Made by a program: the position numbers and the translations under genes. Positions 34,297 to 44,556 of a stretch of 48,316 nt of DNA are shown here, one piece after another. Origin of the DNA: Trichomonas gallinae (taxonomy: Eukaryota); assembly GCA_008369845.1 (NCBI GenBank), contig MRSU01001564.1, positions 1 to 48,316 on the forward strand, written 5' to 3'. Each line of letters starts with the position of its first letter. Position 1 is the first letter of the stretch. A model generated the notes under the pieces. That model searched no databases. It was given only the letters and a program-made list of their open reading frames with translations, and had not been told where the DNA came from.

Positions 34297-37200
34297 ATGA
34301 ATTCACAGCTTTCAGAATTTCTTGATGAGGGAAATGTTGAAGGCGTTTGCAAAATGATAAACGACGATAGATCGTTACTAGAGTCTAAAAATAGTATGGG
34401 TTTCACTCCTCTTTTAGTTGCTGTGAGTTATGGAAATTTAGAACTTGTTCGTGCATTGGTAGATTTAGGTGCTAATGTTCAAGCACTTGATCCAGAAACT
34501 GGTGAGAATAGCCTTCATATAGCCGCTAAAGGTGATTGTAAGAAAATTATTAAATATTTATTAACGCATGGAATAACAATTGATTGCAGAACATATAATG
34601 GTTGTACACCTCTCCACATCGCAGCGAATTATGGAAGTATTGGTTCTATTAGAAAATTAACAGCACTAGGAGCAGATCTAAACGCGAAAAATGTTAATGG
34701 AATGTCTCCTCTTCACATTGCTGTAATCACAAATAAAAGAGAGTCAATACCAGTACTCCTTGAGACAATTCTTCCTTCACTCGATAAAGACAATTTTGGA
34801 CAGACAGCACTCGATTTGGCCAAAGAGAAATACGGGAAAGATGATGAATTGGTTATGTCGATTTCTGATTATGCAGAAGTTTGTTTTTTGTATCCGTATT
34901 TGACTGATAGTGAACAAATGCTGAGAACAAAGCTTCATGAAACAGAACATAAAGGAGGAAAGTATCAATTTCATTTATTCAAAGAAGCAATCGTTAACAA
35001 AAAGATTGAGAATGTCAAAGTTTTACTCGAAGAAGGTGTCAATCCTAAAATTGCAAATATTCTTGATCAACAAACTCCTCTTCACATTGCAGCATCTTGT
35101 GGAATTGTTCAAGTCATTCGCATGCTTATTGAAAATGAAGCAGACATTGATGCCGTTGATAAAATTGGAAATACTCCTATACATGATGCAAGTCAAAACT
35201 GCCAATATCAGGCAGTTGTTGAATTGTTTACTAAAGGCGCAGTTATTAAAGAAAATTATGATGGAAATACAGCAATAGAGCTCTGCAGGGATGCTCCAGA
35301 TGATTTGCCGCAGAAAGCAAAAACATTGTCGTATTTAGTCAAAAGCATTGGTTTTACTATCGCTATGACAAAAATTGACAACTCAAAAGAATTGATTTCA
35401 TTCTTGAAATCCAATAAGAAGATTATCAAGAGATGTGGTGAGCAGTTGATATTTGAAGCCATCAACAAAGACAAAACTGATGTCACTGATTTTCTCCTTT
35501 TGAACAGGGTCGATTCGAATGTCAAAGACAAAGAGGGAAGAACTCCTTTAATTGTTGCAACAGAACAAAATCGAGTTGAAATTGTTAAACAGTTATTAGT
35601 TTACAGCGCAGATGTTGATGCAATGATAGAATCTACAGGACAGACATCATTACACATTGCTGCAGAAAAAGGATATTTCGAAATTTTGAATTTGTTGCTG
35701 CGGCACAATGCTTCTATGGTTGATGATGCAAATGGAATGTCTGCATTGAGAATTGCTCAAACAAAACTTGATGAAGGTGATAAAACATTTGAACCAATTG
35801 TTACAGCATTGAATTTAGTTATTTATAGAGATAATCTCAAGACATCAATGTACAATGCTGAAATATTTAATAAAGAACTTCAAAACTCGCCAGGTGTCGT
35901 TGAAGTTTATGGACCAAATCTATTGCGTGATGCAATTAAAAGGCATTATTCCAGTGTCGTGAAAGTTCTTGTCAGCAACGGAGCAGATGTAAACAAGAAT
36001 GATGAAGAAGGTGTCAACGCGACACATGAAGCAGCAATGTCGGGAAGCGACGAAATAATGGATTTTATTATCGAAAACAATGGAGATTTGAACTTAAAAG
36101 AATTTCATGGTCGAACACCTTTATTATGTGCATGCACAACTTGCTCAGCGAAAGTCATTAAGTTACTAATAGAAAAAGGAGCTTCTTATGCAGTGGATGA
36201 TGAAGGAGCAACACCAATGCAATTAGTTATTGATAGTGAAGAAATGAACAAAACAGATGCTATAAATTTGATTACTGACTTCACTTTCGAAACAGCCAAA
36301 TCAAGATTACATGACGAAAATGAATTAGAAGAGATACTTGAGCAAAATAATTATCTTCTCAGAGACAAAGGTGGATATTTCATGCAATGGGCCGTGAACA
36401 ACAAGAGTTCAGAAACAATTAACTTTTTAATCAGTCAAGGAGTTTCTGTGTCAGAAAGAGATGATTCCGGATCAACAGTTTTGATTACTGCAATCAAATC
36501 AGGTGACATGGATATGGTGAGGATCTTAGTTGAAAGTGGATCAATAGTTGGTGTTCAGGATATAGATGGAAGGACACCATTACATCATGCTGCATTAGCT
36601 GAAAATCCAGAGATTGTTGATTATTTGATAGAAAATGGAGCAACGAACAGAAAAGATAATGCAGGACGCACACCTTTTGATATTGCATCAAAGCACAATT
36701 CTAAGAAGTCGAAGAAGATTTGTCAATCAATTTCGAGACTTAGTGAATACTTCAAGGAAATGGAATCTGTGTTGAATTATCACATGTTCAAAGATGTTTT
36801 CAAGAAGTACAGAACTAAATACGGAGTTCATTCAGCAATCAAAGCAATATCATACAACTCTAAAGCGCATGTTGAATATCTAATTGATCATGGAATGAAG
36901 CCAACAGCAAGAGATGAAAGAGGAATGACTTTGTTACATTATTGTGTTCCAAAAAATATCGAAATTGCAAAAATGCTGATAGAAAAAGGCGCAAATGTTA
37001 ACGCTGTGACAGAAGGAGGATACACACCACTACATATTGCATGCAAATTCCAAGGAACAGATGAGTTCGTACACATTCTAATCGAAGCAGGAGCAAATGT
37101 TAACGCGACAACTAAAAATAACATTACTCCGCTCTTCTTGGCAATGAAAATTGGAAACACAATGGTGATAAATTCACTGCTAAACAAAGATGCAGATCCA

Positions 37201-37647
37201 AATATCAGAACTGAAACAGATTTAGCACCACTTGACATTGCAGCAAGAAGACACAACAGAGAGCTAATTGATCTGTTGATCACAAAAGGCGCTGATGAAG
37301 TTTCTCTCGATGAAAATCGTATGAAAGAGCTTTCAATCAAAGAAATTCAAAAGCAGAAAATTAAAATGCGCAGAGCCCATAGAGAAGAAAGTGGTGATAA
37401 AAAGAAAGACTATAAATCACAAGTATTTGAGGAAAAATCTTCTGAAGAAAAATCATATGAAGAAAAGACTCCAAAGAAAGAAAATAAATCTTCAAAGAAG
37501 GCAAGAGAATCACCAAAGAAAGAAGATAATGAAGTACCAAAGAAAGAACAAGAATCATCAAAGAATGAAAAAGAATCTCCAAAGAAGGAAGAAAATAAAA
37601 ATGAAAGCGAAGAACATGAATCATCTGAGAAGAAGGAGAATGATTAA
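34297..37647 (+). CDS. Large ankyrin repeat protein with K/E/S-rich tail
   Basis: Many TPLHIAA repeats in blocks; SPKKE repeats at the C-terminus. ATG 34297 follows a TCACTT initiator; alternative ATG at 34282. Confidence 0.92.
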   Translation: MNSQLSEFLDEGNVEGVCKMINDDRSLLESKNSMGFTPLLVAVSYGNLELVRALVDLGANVQALDPETGENSLHIAAKGDCKKIIKYLLTHGITIDCRTYNGCTPLHIAANYGSIGSIRKLTALGADLNAKNVNGMSPLHIAVITNKRESIPVLLETILPSLDKDNFGQTALDLAKEKYGKDDELVMSISDYAEVCFLYPYLTDSEQMLRTKLHETEHKGGKYQFHLFKEAIVNKKIENVKVLLEEGVNPKIANILDQQTPLHIAASCGIVQVIRMLIENEADIDAVDKIGNTPIHDASQNCQYQAVVELFTKGAVIKENYDGNTAIELCRDAPDDLPQKAKTLSYLVKSIGFTIAMTKIDNSKELISFLKSNKKIIKRCGEQLIFEAINKDKTDVTDFLLLNRVDSNVKDKEGRTPLIVATEQNRVEIVKQLLVYSADVDAMIESTGQTSLHIAAEKGYFEILNLLLRHNASMVDDANGMSALRIAQTKLDEGDKTFEPIVTALNLVIYRDNLKTSMYNAEIFNKELQNSPGVVEVYGPNLLRDAIKRHYSSVVKVLVSNGADVNKNDEEGVNATHEAAMSGSDEIMDFIIENNGDLNLKEFHGRTPLLCACTTCSAKVIKLLIEKGASYAVDDEGATPMQLVIDSEEMNKTDAINLITDFTFETAKSRLHDENELEEILEQNNYLLRDKGGYFMQWAVNNKSSETINFLISQGVSVSERDDSGSTVLITAIKSGDMDMVRILVESGSIVGVQDIDGRTPLHHAALAENPEIVDYLIENGATNRKDNAGRTPFDIASKHNSKKSKKICQSISRLSEYFKEMESVLNYHMFKDVFKKYRTKYGVHSAIKAISYNSKAHVEYLIDHGMKPTARDERGMTLLHYCVPKNIEIAKMLIEKGANVNAVTEGGYTPLHIACKFQGTDEFVHILIEAGANVNATTKNNITPLFLAMKIGNTMVINSLLNKDADPNIRTETDLAPLDIAARRHNRELIDLLITKGADEVSLDENRMKELSIKEIQKQKIKMRRAHREESGDKKKDYKSQVFEEKSSEEKSYEEKTPKKENKSSKKARESPKKEDNEVPKKEQESSKNEKESPKKEENKNESEEHESSEKKEND

Positions 37648-37945
37648 GCCAAACATGTCAACCGCCATTAAAATGATTTATAGAATATATATAATAGAGT
37701 GTATATATGATGAGATAAATGAAAATTTTCAATAAATCAACTTAATTTAATCAATAATTGATTTTCATCTTTTTCAACTATATTACAATTGAATAAGGCT
37801 CTGCTGCAAAGTATCTATCGATATATGAAATAATCAAATATATTTTTTTGTAAATTTAACAATTTATATATAAACAAAACAAAATTAATCTTTTTAGGAC
37901 AATATCCAATAGATATTGTCGCCAAAATGTTTAAACGAAAAATTA

Positions 37946-38305
37946 TTATTCTGGAATTGGCGAATTAAGTGCATTGTAAGTCATTTGAGCGTATTCTTCT
38001 AATTGGTTTAATGCATTTGTGTATGTTTCTATTGATAATTTGACTTTCTCCATTTCCATTAAATAAAAATCATGATTAGAAAGTATTTTCTTTCGTTTTT
38101 CTTGGGTTTCTAGGTTATCTAATATCTCTTGGTTTTCTTTTAATAGCTTTTCATATTCAGCAACAAGTTTTTTACATTTTTCCGAAAGTTCATCAACACG
38201 AATATGCGGAAAACTCTGTTCACCTGCCCACTGGACCTGAGGTGGAATCTGTTGAGGCGGATTTTGCGGAATATTTTCAGCTTCTCCATAACCATATCTC
38301 ATCAT
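37946..38305 (-). CDS. Small hypothetical coiled-coil protein
   Basis: 119-aa ORF, P/Q-rich N-terminus followed by heptad repeats. Confidence 0.7.
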   Translation of the reverse strand: MMRYGYGEAENIPQNPPQQIPPQVQWAGEQSFPHIRVDELSEKCKKLVAEYEKLLKENQEILDNLETQEKRKKILSNHDFYLMEMEKVKLSIETYTNALNQLEEYAQMTYNALNSPIPE

Positions 38306-38910
38306 TTTTCAAAAATAATTTGATGCAGACCCTGAAATAAAATCATCAAAGTCAATGATAAAAAAATCAATTTCATTTCAATAATTTATAGAAAATATTC
38401 ATTTTAAAATAATACACATTATATTATATATAATGATATACAATATAATCATAAAAATATTGAGTTTTGTTGGATCAATTAATCAAAAAATTTAATTTTT
38501 GTTTATCGTGAAAAATCAATTTTTGTTTTTGAAAAATAATTTTCTTAAATTTTAACAAATATATTAGTTTTAGACTATAAAGCATCCAAATATGCCAAAA
38601 TCAAAAATACTTTCACAAGAATATTTTAATACGAGATATTATATATCAGATCTATCGCGTTTCAAAAGGAGAGTCTGACCCATTCTTGGTACACATATGT
38701 CATCTTTAGTTTAAGACTCGACTTTTAAATATTTATTTTTGTCGTGATAGCTTATGTCTTTTATCGTGAAAATAAATGTAATTTAGTGAAGAAGTGAACA
38801 ATACAATATTCATTTCGCAGTCAATAACAAACATGTGACTATAGACATGTTCAAGTTATTCCCTAACAATCCAAAGAGATAGTTATAAAGCAAGCTTAGG
38901 ATAAGATACA

Positions 38911-39852
38911 TCATTCAAAAGCTGTTGAAATTGATTCATTCAAAACTTCTTCAATGTTAGCCAAATCTTCTTCTTGTTCATTATATTCTGGATGTGACAT
39001 AATCCAAATAATTGCAAGAATGACCAGATCAATAAAATGCTCTTTAACCAAATATATCAAATTCGCATATTTATAGTGGAAATTCTCTGGTTTGCCTGGC
39101 TTCTTTGAAATGATTTTATCTATCATGTCGATTATGCCTATTGTAAATAATGTTGAAAAGCTGAGCAAAAACATGCAGGTGAGCATCATTGTGCGATATT
39201 TTGGTGGGAAATAATCTCTTGTTTTCGAAAAAATCAGTAGATGCGATAAGAGATAAAGGTCTATGCATAGCAACAATATCAGAAAGCTGTCATAGTTTTT
39301 GAAAATGAAACCATCAAGACCATAAAAGAAAGAAAAAGCTTTTGGTGGCAATTTTACAAAAGTTAGTGCAAACAATATCACTATGAAAATTACAGAGGCT
39401 ACATATAATGCCAGTGAGAATAAATAAAATATTTTGCCTCCAGGGCTTGAAAATACCACTAGAATGTTCGCAATGCGATTGAAAAATTGTGTTTGTGCAC
39501 ATGCTGTTAAATAGTTTGGCATTTCGTAAAGGCGGTAAATTATAGAGTCTATGTAGAAATGATAACTCATGGAATTAAAATAAATAAAAATAAAGAAAGC
39601 ACCTGATACAACTTTTGATATGCAAAAAAACAATGAGAACCCTGCTTCATATTTAAATGAAAACTTTGTTCGACGCATCAATGCAAAAGCAAAGTAAAGA
39701 AATGGAACGTACGCTAATAAATTTAAAATAATATAAATCGTTTGATATTGCGGCATAACAACTGCAAAAAAGTCGCTTACATATCCTGATGAAGCCAATG
39801 TTTGTATGCGGACATATAAATATACTGGGTCATCCTCAGTAATAATAGACAT
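38911..39852 (-). CDS. Multi-pass (~7 TM) membrane protein of unknown function
   Basis: About seven hydrophobic segments and an acidic C-terminal tail; 313 aa. Confidence 0.75.
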   Translation of the reverse strand: MSIITEDDPVYLYVRIQTLASSGYVSDFFAVVMPQYQTIYIILNLLAYVPFLYFAFALMRRTKFSFKYEAGFSLFFCISKVVSGAFFIFIYFNSMSYHFYIDSIIYRLYEMPNYLTACAQTQFFNRIANILVVFSSPGGKIFYLFSLALYVASVIFIVILFALTFVKLPPKAFSFFYGLDGFIFKNYDSFLILLLCIDLYLLSHLLIFSKTRDYFPPKYRTMMLTCMFLLSFSTLFTIGIIDMIDKIISKKPGKPENFHYKYANLIYLVKEHFIDLVILAIIWIMSHPEYNEQEEDLANIEEVLNESISTAFE

Positions 39853-41047
39853 TATCTAAATATTCTATCTATATAACAAGAATATCCGAAAAATTTGGGA
39901 AAATACTCATAATTGGACATGCATAACATTGGTAAAAGAATTAGTATACATCAATCGAGGAATTTTCGAGAAAAAGTGATTTTTCATTTTGAACTTTAAA
40001 TCGACTGTATCTCGCTATGTAATGGCTTTTGCTACTTCATTGAAACGTAACATAAGCCTATATTTTCATTCTCTATCTAATCATTGTATTTTTTCTGAAT
40101 TTACTTCGTTTTTTGTTTTTCAAATCATATCATTTCGTCAAATTTTAGATACTTCGTATATCTGTGCGTGCAGCTTAGCATCCACTTGGACAACTAAATA
40201 TACCTATAAGGTCTGAACACGGCGTTGTCGGTGAAGCCCATTTTGCAACCTTCGCCAACCCAAAAATTAGGAGTTATATCTTTAAACTCTGTTAAATATC
40301 AATTATATACTTTTCTCATATTATTTTTCATATTATAACATATCATTCAATTTAAATGGAAAAAGTGACTTTTTTCTTTTTCGATTTTTTTACATTTTGG
40401 GTGTTTTTTTAATAAGGTTATTAACTATTTAGAAGTGAATATTGATTAAATGATGAAGTGCGTAATCATGTATTCAAATATAGCAGATGTTTCATGATCC
40501 TATATAACAGTTTTAAGAAATTAGTTAGTTGGAGGTGTAAATATAATCACATTTTATAAAATTTTATAACTCAGACATCCTGATGTATAATAGATATAAA
40601 ATAGCTAAAGTCCTATTTTTATAATGTTTATCAATAGAGCTTCATATGAATAATTAAATATAGATATTGCTTTTTTGATTTCAATGAAACAAAATTCATT
40701 CATTATGGCATTAATAGATTTAATGATGACAAAGATGTCAGCAATTCCTATATAGTTATAAGTCACATATATGTGAATTAGTAAATATTAATTTGAAAAG
40801 TATTGAAATTGATTTTTTGGTATCTTTTATCTCATAGAATGATTCATTATAAACAATACTGCCAATTCCATAGCGAAAACTATATCATTGATATGATTAT
40901 TATAGAATTGTGATCAAATCAACTTATGCATTAGAGATAGGAGTGATTTTTTGAGACATTTCGATTTATTTGACAGCTGTGATGCTATTTCTGCAGTATC
41001 TATTTCGAAACTTTTTTTGATGATTTTTCTAAAAATAAAAAACGGCA

Positions 41048-43354
41048 ATGGATCAAAATAGCGATTCGGCAATTTTCATTGTCCAGCGTTCTGATCCGCC
41101 TACCACATTGGAGATAATCAGCTGCTCTGATGTTGTGCAGGTTTTTAAATCTGGAAACCAAATGCTTATTGAAAAATTAACATCATCAACTGGAATGAAC
41201 GATCTCATTGATTTATTACATAATTCACAGAATTTTCAGATTGTACGTCGTATCTTACAATTGTTTACTATGATAGATTCTCCATTATTGCAAAAATTAA
41301 CAGATTCAATCGAATATACAGAGCATCTTCTACAAGTTTTGGATAGGAACAACGGTGTCCATCCATATGTCATTGGCGCAATTACTCAAATTTTGCTAAA
41401 TTCGATGGAAGTGTTTCCACACGAAATATACGATGATTTAAGTGCCTCTAGGATTAATTATCAACGAATCATCAAAAATATCGAAGTTAACTCAATTTAT
41501 TATTTTTGCACTCGATTTATTTCGAATTCTAAACGATCTGAGACATTTGCTTGGGTACTATTCTGCTCATTAATGGGTGATCATGGCCCTGGATGCGCTG
41601 TTCCTAAAAAATTCGCTTACGATCCAGCAGCTTCAATTTCACCAATTCCTTTAACGCCATCAATGCGCAAAAAGGTTATAGAACTGCTTTTCATCTTCTT
41701 TAACGAATACTTTGATACATGTGACTTTTCAAATGACATTTCTGAAGCATTGCCATTAGTTTTGCAAGATGCATCAGATGATGCCGAAAGATCGCTTGTG
41801 TTCAAGCTTGGCTTAATATTGAATATGAATGAAGGCCTAGCTTATTCAGCACAGTCAATATTAAATTGTTTGAAAAGCTCTGACACGTTAATTCAGTATT
41901 CATTGTATTATATTCATGCATTTGGAATTCTTATACGCAATTCTTCAGTCGAACTTATATTATATCGTTTATTACATCGTCCAACAAACAATTTCGTTTT
42001 AATTGCAGCATCGAAAATGATTCAAAGCATAATAGAAAATACAAAAGAAAATACTGACTTACAGGAACGTCTTGAAATGATTATAGCTGATGCTTTCCAA
42101 AATTCATCAGTTTCTTCAGTAATTCTTCGCGCATTTAGAATGGCTTTAGTCAATGCCGCTGACGGATTGGAAATATCACCAGAATCACAATATGCTGTAG
42201 AGCAGCTTCGTAAATTCGAATTAAATCCTAAAATTAGCGAAATTGATGATGATTACATAAAAGAATTAAAGAAAGGCGCCGATATTATCAACAACTCCGA
42301 CAAATTCAAGCCAGTGTTCAATGTCTCATATCTATGGCAAGCGCAGCAGAAACAAAAGATGCAACTTAAATTTAAGAACATTGACAGACTTCCAAATCTG
42401 AACAAAGTTTCCTTACCGCCAAACATCACATTGACACCTGGCGATGAATCTAGGCCTAAAATCACAAACATAGATGGAGCTCGTTCGCCAGTTAAAGTAA
42501 AAGCATCATTTCAAGGTCCAATACAATCAATTCCGCTTCAAGTCGAAGAGGAAGAAGAAGACAACAACGATGACTACTCGAGCGATGGATATTACGAGGA
42601 AGACCAGAATGATTTGCACGAGCAGATGAAATTGCGCGAAATGATAGAAAGACAAAAAGCCGTGAAAATGCATGCAGCAGAAAAACAAGATTCAAAGCCA
42701 GTTCAAAACGTTCAACCTGTCAAGAAGATTCCTCCGTCTATTGCAGACTTGCCGACAATGCCGCCTGCGCCAAAGCCAGCTTTAGAGAAGAAGCCGAAGA
42801 CCAAAGGAAAGGCAAAAGGCAAAGGAAAGAAAAAGTCGAAGAAGTCAAATGCGAAGAAACAAAATTTGTCTTTCACGATGAACATTGGTGTTATTTCTTC
42901 CCCACCTGCACCAGCTCCATTCATTCCGAGGACAAAGAATCAGTGCCTGGAGCTGAACATTTCATCAGTAAAACTGAAGCCACGTAAACCGAAGCCGAAG
43001 CTCAACAACAGAATTCTTGTCGTCGACTTTCCACTCGAAACCACTAAAAACCTTGAGGTTTCTCCGTCAGAGAATTACGAAGTTGAGCTCGAGGACACAG
43101 TTTTCTTCGGCACACCACGCAAGAAACTGTCACAGGAAGAGATAAGACAGATGCTCGCAGCGTCAAATTCTGACCCAGAGGAAGACTTCGACATAGAACC
43201 TCTTCCTTCTGAAATGGAAGAGGAGGAAGAAGAGAAGCAGAAAGAGAAGAAGACTATAAGGAACCCATTTTCTGTTTTCGCTTCAGTAAGAAAGAGCGCT
43301 GAAGACGAGGAGGAAGAAGACGAAGAAGAAGAGGAAGAAGATGCTTCCAAATAA
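41048..43354 (+). CDS. Helical-repeat protein, SAPS/PP6 regulatory subunit-like N-terminus, acidic/basic low-complexity C-terminus
   Basis: TTLEII..SDVVQVFKSGNQMLIEKL resembles the SAPS N-terminal motif; poly-E and K-rich tracts. Confidence 0.55.
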   Translation: MDQNSDSAIFIVQRSDPPTTLEIISCSDVVQVFKSGNQMLIEKLTSSTGMNDLIDLLHNSQNFQIVRRILQLFTMIDSPLLQKLTDSIEYTEHLLQVLDRNNGVHPYVIGAITQILLNSMEVFPHEIYDDLSASRINYQRIIKNIEVNSIYYFCTRFISNSKRSETFAWVLFCSLMGDHGPGCAVPKKFAYDPAASISPIPLTPSMRKKVIELLFIFFNEYFDTCDFSNDISEALPLVLQDASDDAERSLVFKLGLILNMNEGLAYSAQSILNCLKSSDTLIQYSLYYIHAFGILIRNSSVELILYRLLHRPTNNFVLIAASKMIQSIIENTKENTDLQERLEMIIADAFQNSSVSSVILRAFRMALVNAADGLEISPESQYAVEQLRKFELNPKISEIDDDYIKELKKGADIINNSDKFKPVFNVSYLWQAQQKQKMQLKFKNIDRLPNLNKVSLPPNITLTPGDESRPKITNIDGARSPVKVKASFQGPIQSIPLQVEEEEEDNNDDYSSDGYYEEDQNDLHEQMKLREMIERQKAVKMHAAEKQDSKPVQNVQPVKKIPPSIADLPTMPPAPKPALEKKPKTKGKAKGKGKKKSKKSNAKKQNLSFTMNIGVISSPPAPAPFIPRTKNQCLELNISSVKLKPRKPKPKLNNRILVVDFPLETTKNLEVSPSENYEVELEDTVFFGTPRKKLSQEEIRQMLAASNSDPEEDFDIEPLPSEMEEEEEEKQKEKKTIRNPFSVFASVRKSAEDEEEEDEEEEEEDASK

Positions 43355-43728
43355 TTCATTATTTTTTGTTTTTTATATATGTAGTTTGCGATATTATTAA
43401 ATTGTATATTACAACTATACCACATCTTCTTTTCGTGTTTTTAAACTAAATTTCAAATCAATTTCGAAACTTTAATGAATCTATGCATGCATGTATCAAT
43501 TTTAACAGTTATTAATTACGCCATAGTCAAAAATTTAAATGATGTTTATATTATTCATATATTTTCAAATTTATAAATATTCAAATTTACATCAATTATC
43601 CTTCCAAAAATAAATATTTATTCGATGTTAATTGCAAATCTCAAACCTTGTTATAATTTTGTTAATTAAAAAAATATAAAATGAATTTATAAATCACATT
43701 TATGAATATTAATATAAATATAAACAGG

Positions 43729-44481
43729 TTAGTTAAAGTTTGTCGATCTAATGGTAATAGGATGTATTACAATATCCTTTGGCTTAAATCTATATGATAT
43801 ATCTTCGACTAATGAATTTAATGATTGACAAGAAGGCGTAATAAAATCTAGCCTAGCTTTCTTGCTTAAATCTGCTTTTGGAAGCGGTTTAACGTTTTGA
43901 ATAATATTTAATATTTCGACTTGGGAAGATTTAATGATATCAATAGGTTTTTTGTTTGTAACACTGCATTCCAATTTAGCATCTGCTCCATGTAGCACTA
44001 AAGTTCCAACAATATCAATATAATTATTTGTAATCGCGATATAGAGTGGCAATGATAAGTATTTTGTATCATAGCTTGTATGTAACAATGATTCAATGAT
44101 ATCGATATATTCGTAAGTAACAGCAATTGATAATGGATCTAAATTCCGGTCATCAACTAAAAATGGAGAAGCACCGTAAAATAAAAGCATATCAACAACA
44201 TCTATGTAGTTTAAAAAGCAAGCCACGTTTAAAGCATAAGTTCCATTTACATATGTATTGACTGGATACTGATTTTCGAGTAAATACTGTATTATATCGA
44301 GTCTATGTGCTAATATTGCAATAAATAAAGGCGATAATTCCTTGTAAGCATGATTTAATACATAAAAAACGGCGCTAGAGCGATGTTCCTTTAGCTGTTC
44401 TATAGAGTAAATCTTAATATCATCGAGTTTTCCATATAGTATCGCTTCTGTAATCCTCGAATCGCTTGGAACAGCAAGCAT
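43729..44481 (-). CDS. Ankyrin repeat protein
   Basis: SPLFIAI, YALNVAC, PLSIAV, PLYIAI repeats with LL.yGA ends. Confidence 0.88.
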   Translation of the reverse strand: MLAVPSDSRITEAILYGKLDDIKIYSIEQLKEHRSSAVFYVLNHAYKELSPLFIAILAHRLDIIQYLLENQYPVNTYVNGTYALNVACFLNYIDVVDMLLFYGASPFLVDDRNLDPLSIAVTYEYIDIIESLLHTSYDTKYLSLPLYIAITNNYIDIVGTLVLHGADAKLECSVTNKKPIDIIKSSQVEILNIIQNVKPLPKADLSKKARLDFITPSCQSLNSLVEDISYRFKPKDIVIHPITIRSTNFN

Positions 44482-44556
44482 TATTAAAATTTACATGACA
44501 AAAAGTCAAAATATTTCAATATAATATGCCATTTTGTCACGTAAAATTAGCAGAAA
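44482..44556. promoter_or_regulatory. 75-bp bidirectional promoter with an inverted motif pair
   Basis: Head-to-head ATGs at 44481(-) and 44557(+); TTTACATGACA at 44490 and TGTCACGTAAA at 44535. Confidence 0.7.

Noticed and set aside
40289..40310. Possible 22-nt minus-strand intron GTATAT...TAACAG
   Set aside because: No CTAAC branch motif, and splicing gives an immediate stop
40208..40580. RNase P RNA (AAGGTCTGA ... ACTCAGAC resembling the P4 helix strands)
   Set aside because: The intervening ~300 bp is very AT-rich with no evident helices or other conserved regions; needs cmscan to be taken seriously
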